Under the pieces are notes generated by a model. It was not told the origin of the DNA. It ran no database searches and worked only from the letters and a program-made list of their open reading frames with translations. The translations under genes and the position numbers were made by a program. Shown here one piece after another: positions 52,451-64,000 of a DNA stretch of 64,000 nt. The stretch is from contig MU053304.1 in assembly GCA_013239625.1 (NCBI GenBank), forward strand, positions 2,046,001 to 2,110,000, given 5' to 3'. Source of the stretch: Lama guanicoe (taxonomy: Eukaryota). Numbering within the stretch: position 1 is the stretch's first letter; the number at the start of each line of letters is the position of its first letter.

Positions 52451-52949
52451 TCCTGAATACAGATGGTTAACGACCTGCCCAAATTTCAGACCCCTCAGGC
52501 TGTAACTCTGACTCCAGAATCCACATGTTTGCTGTTTTACCCACTGGCATGCCCCTTGAGTCTCCCTGGCCTCAGGCGGGAATATAAGAAATCTTTTATC
52601 AGTATTTCCAGCCGTGCTGTTGGACTAGCTCTGAGGTTACACTGCAATCCTTGCTTGTACACAATGTTCACAATGACTGAGTCCCTTACTGTTTTCCCAA
52701 CTCCACGGCCCTGCTCTCCAGCCTGTCTTTGGCTTTGTCTTTGAACTATCAGCTCAACTCTTGCACATTGGGATCTTCATGATGGTTGACTTTATGAAAC
52801 CCAGCAACCCCCCTGCACTGGTACCGCTTCAGTAATTGTCCTTCATCGTGGGTTCTGTTTGGGCTTTTGTTTGCAGTAGGTTATTTCTAAGTTTGATGCA
52901 ATGAATGTACCTCAAGCTCTTTCCACCCATAGACTGGCTGGAAATAAAG

Positions 52950-53470
52950 ATTTAGGTCCAAGGCATGAGAGCAATCATGCCTTCAACTAGGTTGAAGTCA
53001 ACGCCAAAGACGTGTCTGTGCTCTCCAAGGAGGCAGGTATGGTGTAAATAAAGAAGAGAGCTAAGAGCTGAAATCTGAGGGGAACCAAGCAAGTAGTGAT
53101 TACACTAAAGGGAGATTCAAAGGAAAAGGAGAAGACAGCCAGAAAGACGGGAGGTCAACCAAGAAAGTTACCATCACGGAAGGCAAAGATGTGAACAGCT
53201 TCCAAGAGAAGGGATTGACCAGTAGTACTAAAGACTGCAAAATGTCAAACAAGATGAAAGACCTAAAATATATATTTCACTGGATTTATCTAAAGCTAGA
53301 TCATCAATGACATTGGCAGATGTAGCTTCTCGGGGAGAAATGAAGGAAAAGGCAAATTGCTGAAGGTTAAGAGGGAAGAGGTTTGGAGAAATGGAGATGG
53401 TGAGACTCACCCGCACTGTTGAGTAAGGAGGAGTGAATAAGAGGGTGGCAGTTAGAAAGGGGTAGAGGTA
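52950..53470 (-). mobile_element. L2 LINE fragment
   Basis: Purine-rich reverse-orientation L2 motifs (cactggatttatc...tcaatgacattggca; ggagaaatggagatggtgag). Confidence 0.6.
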
Positions 53471-54845
53471 GGATGAGGGAAGGGTGTGTGTGTGCTCACA
53501 GCTGCTTCTGTACGTGGCAGGGAAAATGTTATTAGAGGGAGAACTAACAAAATGTTTTTGATGAAAGAATATCCCCATAGGTCCATCTATCCGCCTTCTT
53601 GTTTCTTTCCCTCCTCTTCCTTTCCTTTTCTTATCCCACCTCTCCTTCTTCCCTCTCCATCCCTCTTTTCTTTGCAGATTAGGAGCTGTGCTTTCTTTCT
53701 TTCTTTCTTTTTTAGATTCACACCACTATCATCACAGTCTGTTGCCTTGACTGGGCTCAGTGATATGTTGAGCCTGAAGGGAGGTATAAGCTAACATTGA
53801 GTAGGCTCTGCTCCAAACCCATGCCAGTAACAGAATTTTAGTGACCTTGTCGGTGTACTTTGTTAGTATCAGACACTAACACCAATGTCTTAAGGGAGCT
53901 GTGTACTAACTAGGATGTACCTTGAAGCAAGGACATCATCCAGATGGGTGAGGGTTCTGGAAGGCATGTATGTGTGGAAACCTCAGAAGAGCTGGGGATA
54001 TTTAGTTTAGAAAGAGAGGACTAGATTGAGGGAGGGAGGTAGAATGAAATTTTTCCGCAGTTCTCTGAGGGCAAACTTCTGGACTAAGTACACAAGTCAC
54101 ATGAAACTGAGTTTAATTTGATGTCTGGAAGAACTTGTCCTGAGAGTCCTCTGAATCATTCTCCTCCTATTGTTAGAAGCTTGAGTCAAGTGACCTTACA
54201 TCAGGGTGGAGATGGCTCCTCAGAGTTCCAAGATGGCTTTTAAGTTCTTTTTTCAACATTTCCAGCGAAAGTCCTGTTAATACTCTTGTGGGATGGCCTT
54301 CCTCAAAGTGGTCAGGGAAATAGGATAGATCGATTATGTAGATCTGGGGACATAGATTCCACCTCTAGCTTTGTCTTTACCCAAACCATGGGGAGCCCTA
54401 AATCAGGCAGCTCTGGGGAAGGATAAAGAGATTTTGGAAACTGGAAAATTCACATGGCAACACGATGCTCCAGGATGTTGTTCGGATTATGAAGGCATGC
54501 TCACGCTGAAGGTTCAGAGGAGAAAGAATCAAGCAACTGGTCTTTTTAAACACTTTACAGTTTGTTCCCCTGAACACTGGCTGGTAGAATTGCCCTCTCC
54601 ACATGACTTTCCACCTCTTTTTTCATTTTATGCTTCTCCTTGCAGTTTCTCTCTTTTCCCTCTCCTCGGTCCCTTTGAACCTAAAAAAATTTTTTTTTAT
54701 TTAGAATGAGGTGAGACAGAGTGGGCACGGCTAAGGGGCAGTGAGAAGAAGGTATCCTACTTTTATTAATTTCCTTACTTCTTGCCCTCCATGCCTCTCC
54801 ACCTTTGGATCTGAAGGTTCTGGTTATAAAAAAAAAATAAGATAT

Positions 54846-55010
54846 GGGGGGAGAGTATAGCTCAGTCATGGAGAGCATGCCTAGCGTGCAAGAAGTCCTG
54901 GGTTCAATTCCCAGTACCTCCATTTAAATAAGTAAGTAAGTAAGTAAGTAAGTAAATAAATAAATAAATAAAAACCTAGTTACTCCCCTAATGCCCCCAA
55001 ATTAGAAGAC
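54846..55010 (+). mobile_element. tRNA-Ala-derived SINE (camelid Vic-1-like)
   Basis: A box TAGCTCAG (54858), residual AGC anticodon arm (gcatgcctagcgtgca), B box GGTTCAATTCC (54901), (TAAG)n(TAAA)n tract, 9-bp TSD ATAAGATAT at 54837-54845 and 55011-55019. Confidence 0.88.
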
Positions 55011-57728
55011 ATAAGATATCGAATTTCTGCCTTTTTAAATTGTGCTGGTACTATTTCGTCTTTTTATTAAAATGATTATTGGCTATATTAGCTTTGAGGC
55101 TTGATTCTCTTTTATCCCATTGTCTAAGGTTCAATTGCATTTCTGCTTCATGTTTATTGAGTTTTTTGCCCTAGAAATGTGTAGTCACTGATGACCACCC
55201 TGGGGAACGCAGAGCAAGCCACACTTCAGGGCTCCACCCATGAATGCATGAGGAGGAGAGTTGCGTATAGCTGCCCATCAATCTGTGGTGGAAGAAGTGG
55301 CAGGAGAAACGACCCAGGAACCTTTATGGCCATCCCCTTTGGACTTTTTGTTGGCTCTTCGTTAATCTACAGCAGTCTGCCAAAACTTTGTACTGATTGT
55401 TATAAGTCCATAGGCTTCGTTTATCGAAGTGTTTGACCTAGTTTATTTCCATTGCCACTATTAGCTCGGAATTCTACTGCGCCCTTCACTCAGGACTCCT
55501 CTGAACCTGCAGTGTTACCAGTGAACTCTAGGCTGAGCCCTGGAACTGTCAAAACACGCAGAGGTGAGACAGAGAATCTGACTGCAATTATGAGTAACCT
55601 TGTCATTTCTCTTTTTGGTGGGGGAAGAAAGCCAGTTCTCCAGTTCACTTCTCCAATTGGCATTCACAGTTCTGCTGCTCTCATGATCCTTGGGGGTAAA
55701 TGTTGCAAATAAATCTTTTCAAGTTCTGCAAATTTTTGTGCTTTACAGAAATTGCTTTCTAATTTATTTTTTTGTAACAGACTTTGATGAAAACCATCTC
55801 TACTGGGCTAAGTTTTACAAACAAGGATCCACATGAGAAGAATTATTAAAATCAGGTGTAATTTCTGTGGATGAGTGACTCTGTGTCTTTTCCATGCACA
55901 TATTGGCTGGTTGTTTTGATGCTCCTCTTCACTCTCACCAAATTGATCAAGAATCATCCTGTTTAATTTTCTGATTGCACTGTTATGTACAGCAATAGTC
56001 ATTAATCAGAAGTTCTCAAGTTATTGGTTGATTGCAGTTAGTTTCAGTAAAAGCACATTTAGGAGAAGAATTGAATAGAGGTGCCAGTTGTGTTATGGTG
56101 CTCTGACGGTGAAGAAAATACACCGAGAGCAAGAACTCTCACTGTGCCCTTTCAAAGTTTAAGAAAACATAAGGAAAATACATAACTTGATATTTGTCTC
56201 TTCACCACCATTCTCCAAAACTTCCAAGAGGATTTGCTGGTGCAACAGCAATTCCAACATTAGAACAAGATGCACAAGCTTTCTATACCTGAGAAAAGAT
56301 GTGTTGTAAATCTCACAGCAGCCATATCAAGTTAAAAACATAGAAAAGCAGCTTACTACATACCTGAAAATTCTAGCTAAGGAGTGAAAACTAATCAAAA
56401 GATGTCTTGGGCGTATCTGACTCAGCCCTTCCTACTGTCACATTCACGGACCATGTGGGTGGTATGCGTGGTGCACAGAGGCAGCTGTGGGGATTTTTTG
56501 AGCTTGGTTTGAGCTGATGGATGTGGAAGGCCTGACTTCTTTGTCAAGCTGTAATTCTTCTTTTGTGCTTTTGCTTGTAGAAATTTGGAGGTTTGTCACG
56601 AAACTGTCCCATATGCGACATCTAACCCAAGTGACTTCTTTCTCTATCACTGCACTATAGAGGCACGACAGAGGTGTAAACATCTGTCAGAATTTCAGTT
56701 GCCTTGTGTTGGGGTGTTTACTGACATAGTGAATATGTCTTTGTTAATATCAACAAAAGTTAAATATATAGAATGTAACTTCCAAAGCTGATGTATTACA
56801 CTACTTACAAAAATGTAACAGAGTACATAGATGATTTGGGCTCCTCTTCACTTCTGATGCTTGATATTGCCTTCTCCGAAGCCACAACTTTCACGTGGAT
56901 TAGGTAAATTATAATCCTAGGCAGGCAGGATTACCTTGAAAATTTCTCTCCCTGAATGTGTTTCGGCCTCCATTTCTGGTTTCCATGTCATGAGAGCATA
57001 AGCTCTGATTGTCTCCTCCATTCTGCTAAATCAAAGAATGTATATTTTCTACTTCTTTTTTTTATTAGGAGGATAAAGTTTTTGTTTACTTGTATTTTGT
57101 GTTTCTTAGCTCAAGTCTTTCTTCAGGCACTGAATTAGGTCTGATTCTAGAAGGCAAAATCTAGGGGTTGGTCGGTAACTGAAAATGATCAGAAAGTCAT
57201 GTTACATAAACTCCTTAATAAACAGCCACAATGAAGAGCCACTGATGGCTGTTAAAAATTATAGGGTTGTTATTTTACTTAAGCTAAACAGAAGAAACTC
57301 CATCCAGATGGGAACTAATTCAAAATACCTTTCTACCATTGCTTTCGGAATATTCAAAATAAAGATTACAGAGCCAACATAGCTCATAAGTGCCTTTAAG
57401 GGTTACAGTTTAAATGTTTAATCCAAGGCAGAGAGAAGTTTTTATATGCAGAACTCCAGGCTTACTTTAAAAATTGGCTTTTATTTTATTTGCTATCCCT
57501 AAAGACTAAGAATTCTCTGGATTTTAATGGAATCTAAGGGGTTGGTCAATGACAAAATCTGCAGAATTTCTCATGTGGACCATTTATTTGTTTATTACAA
57601 CCAAACAGTATATTCATGCAATTGATCCATGAATGATAATTCAACCTTTTTTTTTTTTGGACAAAAATTTGAATTTCAGGATCCTAGATTTTAGTTCATG
57701 ATATTGAATTCTTTTAATGTTTCTTATT

Positions 57729-58121
57729 TGCTATGGGTTTAACTGCATTAATCCTCCAAGCTTGAATGTTGAAATTCCAACCTCCAGTACCTCAGAATGT
57801 GGCTGTATTTGGAGACAGAGTCTTTAAAGAGGTATTTAAGTTAAAATGAGTTAGGGTGGGCCCTGATCCAATGTGACTAGTGTCTTTATAAGAAAAGGAG
57901 ATTAGAACAAGCAGAGAGACGCAAGGGATCTGAGCACAGAGAAAAGACCATGTGAGGACACAGCAAGAAATTTTTTGCAAGCCAAGAAGAGAGGTCTCAG
58001 AAGGACTCAAACCTGCCAACATTTTGGTCTTGGACTTCTAACTTTGAGAAAATAAATTCCTGTTGTTTAAGCCATCCCATTAGTGGTATTTTGTTATGGC
58101 TGTCCTAGGAAACTCACAACA
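57729..58121 (+). mobile_element. MaLR solo LTR (MLT1A/B-like)
   Basis: TG start, cctcagaatgtggctgtatttggaga, gggccctgatccaat, AATAAA followed by ttgtttaagcca...gtattttgttatggc, CA end. Confidence 0.9.
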
Positions 58122-61100
58122 CTGCCTGTATCAGCTTTTGATGGGTCTTATCCATAAATTACGATGTGTTGGGTATAATTAGTATGCGACAAATTTAGAC
58201 CAGGGTGAATTTCCACACCCAGAATGAACTAAAAATTGTAGACTAGAAATGCTATTTACTCTAAGCAATCCATGTGAAAGATGATTCAGTTATATGACAG
58301 TGATTAAGGTACTTATTTTCAAAGAAGAAAACCTCCAGTTCTACCTCTGCACGTTTCCTTCCATGAAGAATCAAAACTCCTTGCCTGAAGCAGTGAACGT
58401 TTGCTGGCAGTAATGTTAGAAGTTTGTGGCATCAGCATTCCTTGTTTTATAGAGTTCACTGTATGTACATCTGGAATCGGCTGGCTTTCTACTTAGCACT
58501 CTATCAGCCAGAGGGTCCACTGTGTGAAACGCTCTGGTTCAGAGAGGCTGAGAAGGGCCGTCACAAGCTCTCAGTGCAGCGTGTGGGCACACACAGGCCC
58601 ATTGGGGGACATCCAGCATCCGTGGGAGTCACACATCGAATCGCTGTCTCCATGGTCTTAAGCACTGGTGGTTAAGCGCTGGGTGCGAACCGTGAAGTTC
58701 AATTTCGGTCTCTGATTTTGATTTAGATTTAGCGTGTGTCTAAAAGGGAACGAAGCCCAAGGAGATTTCTCTGCAGTTGTCAACCATTTGTGGGTTTGGT
58801 GGAATCAGGCACCATCTCCTGCAAGTAGTCACCGAACACAAGTGACCCTACGCTTCTGAAACTGCTCTCTCTACCAATGGCACACTCACCCTATCTTTTA
58901 ACTATATTCTACATTCTATCAATACAGTCCTGAATGTGTAAGTACAAGGTATCTCCCAAGTGTTTCTGAAAACACGTTAACCACTTTGTATCAGGTGGAG
59001 CATTTTGGTGCAAGCAACAGAAATGTACTCTGGCTAAACTAAACAATAAAAATAAAGAGTACTGCGGAGGTCACAAGATTAAACAACAACAGCAAAAACA
59101 AAAACAAAAACGAAAATAAACAAAAAACCCGAAAACCAGCACAAAACAAAACAACGCTAGCAACTGACAACTAAAGAATCAGACTCACCCCGCCTCCCCT
59201 GACCCCCCAAAAGAGGAGAAAACAGGCAACTTTCAAGAGTCTCGGTAGCAGGAAGGAGCTATTTGAGTTTTGTTAGGCTTTGCTGCTGGAATTAATTAGC
59301 ATCGGTGTCTTCGTCACCCTCATATGATTCTAGTTAGAAAGGGGTTGGACTTCTGACCTGTACGGGGTCGCCTGCCCACTCCCTGGCTGGAGAGGCCAAG
59401 GCACCCGGAGTAGAAGTTCCATCCAACTGTGTTCAGTGAGGCGGAGCCCAGCCCTCCGAGGGAAAATCGGAATGTGAATTTCAAAACCAAGTGGAAAGGC
59501 AGAGAGGCGGCCGAGAGGCAGCACCACAGCCACCCCGGCTTCTTCCCCCTGGGGAGCTGCCCTCATTGGAGCATCTCATTTTGGACCTTCTGGCAGATAG
59601 AAGCGCTAAGCAGAAAGCTGACCGATTCCAGACATACATACAGTGAACTCAATTAAACAAGGGATGATGGTGCGACAACGCTCCTTCCAGTATTTCCTGG
59701 TGCTCCTTTTCAACTGGAGCTGGTCCACTCATGCTGTCCTACGGACACAAAGTGTCCCTTCTGCTTCTACGAGACATCCATTGGTTCCTCTTGGGGACCA
59801 CTCTGGTGCCCCACTCCAGTACATCTGGCCCCGAATTTGTGGCAGACTGATTCCAAAGTGTGTAGAGGTCTTTTGGTACAAGTGAAAGTCTTGTTTGTGT
59901 CAATATTATAATGAATAGTCATTATGAGAAACAAGGAACATCTCGATGGCATGAGAAAAAGAGGAACCAGCTGTGGTTAGATACCAAGGGAAGCAGCTGT
60001 GTGGGGCAGGCAGGGAGTTCCAAGCTGCCAGACTTGCAGGAGCACTCCTCCTCACTGTTGTTTGGGTTTTAGCAGAGTTTCCGAGGAAGAGACATGGCAG
60101 GAGCCCCGAGAGGTTCTAGGTGCTGGAACACGAATCCATGTGCTGTAGGACAAAGCAAGCTCTTTCCTTAGGATGACTTCGTTTTCAAAAACTCCCAAGG
60201 ACAGTGGTGACCACAGCCTGTCTTTCTGAGGCTTCCAAATGAGGATGTGTGCTCCTGTGGCCGAATATTTTTGTTCTCCTTGGCTCGAGAGGGAGTAGCC
60301 CATTTGAGTCTCTCCTTTTTAGTTTCCCGAAGGTCCAGGGAGTTGGAGTCCGAATGGAAAGAGGTCCACTTGGGAATGAGAATCGTCCAAGGTCACAACA
60401 AAGGGACCTTTCCTATTATGGATGCACCAACCCCAAAAGCTAGTCAAAGGCTGCACAATGACACCTCACTAGTTATTTCACCCTGACACAGTGTTTACAA
60501 CATCCAAAACTCTTAAGAAGAAATGCAGTCATATTCGGTATAAGAGCATGAGACAAAGCCATGGTACTTGGTAGTCCACTGTTCACAGAGAGTCCTCTCT
60601 CTACTGAGGAAGTTGTGAATGGAACCAAGAGCCTCACGGCTGGCCCCATGGAGATAGGTGTACTCGGCAGACGAAGGTGCTGCTGGGTTTCATGTAGCTT
60701 TGGTGAACTTTCCTGGTTCTATGAGATGGAAGGGGAGAGGCGGCAGAGCAGATGGCCGCAGGAGAAATTCACAGAGTGCCTCCAGGAAGAAGATGCTGTC
60801 TTCTGCTCTCAGCAACATGGCTCTGCACACCTGCACCAGCACAGCATAGAGTGGAGTGAAGTCTGGGGAAAGTAGGGGTGCTTCCAAGTGGTGTCTGAGG
60901 GGTCAGGACGGCTCAGACAGAGGACCTCTTGGCAAAGTGGCAAGACTGGGCCCTCACTCCTGGAAGAGTATCCAACGCAAAACTCAGGACAGGAATTCCA
61001 GGAGAGGACATGCCCTTTTGCCTGATACTTATTGTGCCCCCAGAACTTGGTTGATATTTAATTACAAGGATCGTCTGGTGAGATTTTCGGATTCAAGCAA

Positions 61101-62819
61101 ATGTGGTGGTTATTGTTTTTGAGACCGAAAGTGTGTAGAAAATTTTATCTTCTTAGAAGGGCAATACAAATTCCCCTGGTCTACAACGGATCTGCTTTTT
61201 GGCTGGGTGAAAAATTTGATGAAAGGAAGAAGGCTCTCCACCACCATTCCCTGCCAAAACAACAGCCAATTTCAAGTGATTTCTAAGGGGAAGAGCCCCT
61301 AAACTATAAGGCTGTTTTTCCTCCCTGAGTCCAGGGGCTGGAGCTCAGAACAATGAAGTGGGTTTTGTCCCAGGTGATGGCAAGGGAAGTGGGAAGAGAG
61401 ACGGAGTGGCAGGACTTGCAGAGGGAATTTTCAGAGGAAGCATGGAAGTGTCTAAAGAAGAATTTTATTGCATTTTGTTTTAAAAGTCTCCTCCACATTT
61501 CTCTGTGAAAATTTCATAAAAATCTAAATGGCTTGCCAATGTACAGTGTGGTTGGAGCTGTTTGGAAGATGGGACAATAGGGGGTTGGTCTCATGGTGGG
61601 ATGTGCTTGTGTGTGTGTGTGTGTGTGAGGAAAAGAGGGAGTGAGTGGGTAGGGGAGGAGCAGGGAAACCAAAGCTGCCCAGAAGACACCTGCCACCTCT
61701 GATTACATCGTCTTAGCCAGCTGTCACTCTGCGGCTAGCACCATGTAAGCCTGTTATATGTATGGTGTCATTTAATTCTCAGAACAATCCAGCAAGGCAG
61801 TCACTGGTGTTTTTGGTTAGATCTGCATCAGTAGCCTCCCTCTTCGGATAAGAGGCTGTGAACACCTCATGGGCAGGACCGTGTTCCGTTTACCTTTGTG
61901 TCCCTGTTTTCCATTAGGAGGTTTGGCAGAGAGAAGGCGCCTGAGAATATCTGTTCAGTTCAGCTGAACAGACAAGGGGATATGATTGGAGATATAGACT
62001 GAAGCTAGACTGTAGAGCCTTGATGGGCACATCGAGCTTGGATTTTGTCTTAATTGTTGAGGTTGCTGGGAGTGTGGCAGGTGGGCCAAGTAGCAAGGGA
62101 GACTGGTTTAGCTTGTAAGCTTCTAGCAGGTGAGAGTTACATCCCACACTCAGGCTGAATGGAAGTCAGCATTGCATCTTGCACGGATACATTGTTTTCC
62201 CTGACACATTATTTTGGATGATTTGTTTCATATGACTGGTTTACGGAGGATCAGTCAAGTCTGTCTAGATCAGCCCAGTGGGTATCTAGAAGCTAATGTT
62301 TCTCCCTGAGCTGTCCTTTGGTTTGTAAAAGAAAATACATACAGCAAAGCTTATTAAAATTCTGAGTAAAGTTATTATTTTCAACATTGAACTTTCTACA
62401 AAAATATGGTTGGTTGCCAACTGACAATAGAGATGATCCTTCTGGCCATTGGGAGAAAAGAACGGTTCCTTAAGTTTCTTTACATCTCTTCCCCATGGTG
62501 ATATTTTCTGCCTTGGGAAAAAAAAGCCTCCGTTTGTTTATCGTGCCCAACTTGGCAAGAATAGAAGAATCACAGAACTGAGGTAAAACATGATAATCAG
62601 CTGTTCCAAAGTCTCCCAGCTTCAGAGTCGGCCTGGATAGTAGTAGGAATTTTTAAGCTTATTTCAGGTTTTCTAAGAACTTAACAGAAACTATATATTT
62701 TCTTATGATAAGATCACGCAAGAAGTGCAATAAGCTATTGCTTTTGACAAGGATTTAACAGCTTAATGTGCTAACCTTGCCCATATCTTGCTGATTGGAA
62801 GCTCTGATTAGCAGTCAGA

Positions 62820-63012
62820 GATGTCTGTCCCTCTGTACTCTTAGGGGGTTGGTTCCAGGATCCCCTGCAGACACCCAAATCCAAGGATGCTCAAGTTCCT
62901 TATAGTATAAAATGATACAGTACAGTTGGCCCTCCGTATCCACGGGTTCCACATCCACTGAATCAACCAACCCCGTGGATGTGGAATCCGTGGATACGGA
63001 GGGCCAACGGTG
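62820..63012. mobile_element. MER2/Tigger-type (Tc1-mariner) MITE with internal palindrome
   Basis: ttggttccaggatcccc...aaatccaaggatgctcaagttccttata and terminal ggatacggagggccaac match recalled MER2 ends; right half is a 34-bp inverted repeat. Confidence 0.8.
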
Positions 63013-64000
63013 TTATATATACGTCTTTTAATAAGGAAATGAGAAGACAGCTGAAGTCTTATTTTATAAGCAGTTCTTTTGGTGGTAAAAATATTTTCAA
63101 ATATTCCTTAAGAGACATGCAAATAAAAACGATCTTTGGAAAGAATTGTTGGGAAGCAATTTCATTCTCTCCCCTCACTTTGGTTGATGAAGCAGTGGAG
63201 GTGTGAGAGTTAAGCCATGGGGGTCTGGCCAGTAGTCAGGATCTCTCTCACCTCAACACCTGTTTAGTCCTCCAGGGTGCCCCAGACACTTTGTTTGAGC
63301 TGTTGAAGATGTATACCCTCAAATATTTTTGATCAATATGAGGAACACGTATTTTTCAAATTCTCTCCCTGTATTCTGCCTCTCCCAGTCTTCCAGTGAA
63401 TCTCAGGGAATGCAGATCCTTTTATTTTTGGCACAACAGGCCGGGGGGAGGAGGGGTACCTAATTACACGGAACTATGATAATGCAGTTGCGCAGTAAGA
63501 CAACAAAAGCCTATAAGTGTTTGCCAGAAAGCAGGCAGGTTGTCCTTTAAAGAATCATCACCATCATCATCGTCTGGACACCTTTGTGTTCATTTTCTCG
63601 CACGTCAGTACCACCGTCTTGCTGCTGTGACTCTCCGTGAGCCCCACTGCTTCCTTCTGAGAACTCAGGATGTGAAACCGCGGAGGGGACCTCCTCGGAG
63701 AAAGCAGACCTGTTTGCTAAGACACCAGCCCGGGCAGAGCGTCCTCAAACCACTTTTAAACATTCTCTTAACCAGTGTTTTCTCCTGTGTAATGAAAGAA
63801 AATATTGAAAAGGAGAAATATGCTTTTTAAGGGAAACAAATTGCCGTTATTTGAATCAAAGGGAAGTACACAGCCAGCCTGCATTTCAGCAAGACAGCTC
63901 ACATGTAAATTGCAGCTAATTCTAGAAACGGAATGTTGCAGGCACATTACCGGTGTCTGGGGTGAAGGAATGGAGTATGTAAAATGTTGACCTTTTGGAC

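Noticed and set aside
54846..54922. Functional tRNA-Ala gene
   Set aside because: Disrupted D-arm, no poly-T terminator, SINE tail and TSD; it is a SINE.
1..64000. Prokaryotic-type systems (CRISPR arrays, operons, defence islands) or intact viral genes
   Set aside because: Sequence is mammalian intron and intergenic DNA; I saw no regularly spaced repeat-spacer array and no gag/pol/env or other long coding region.

Overview
Mammalian genomic DNA, most likely a camelid (inferred from a tRNA-Ala-derived Vic-1-like SINE and artiodactyl-type L1/LTR elements). The + strand carries the last three coding exons of DNER (7868-7999 final EGF repeat; 17518-17764 transmembrane and cytoplasmic tail; 22685-22796 C-terminus and stop), then a ~0.93 kb 3' UTR with AATAAA at 23704. 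The exons splice in frame with canonical AG/GT ends. The upstream intron holds a 5'-truncated, disabled RPL13 processed pseudogene on the - strand that the ORF track misses. A 1.82 kb block is duplicated either side of a 342-N gap and looks like uncollapsed haplotypes, i.e. an assembly artefact. The remaining ~40 kb is intergenic and repeat-rich (L1, L2, CR1/L3, MIR, two ERV1-type solo LTRs, MaLR LTRs, MER20/MER5/MER53/MER2-type DNA transposon fossils, microsatellites). I found no convincing previously undescribed biological system. The best leads are modest: the RPL13 retrocopy, a near-perfect 34-bp transposon hairpin, a dense TF-motif cluster near 32.5 kb, an antisense LTR just past the DNER poly(A) site, and possible alternative polyadenylation. 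Repeat family names come from recalled consensus sequences, and boundaries of old repeats are approximate.
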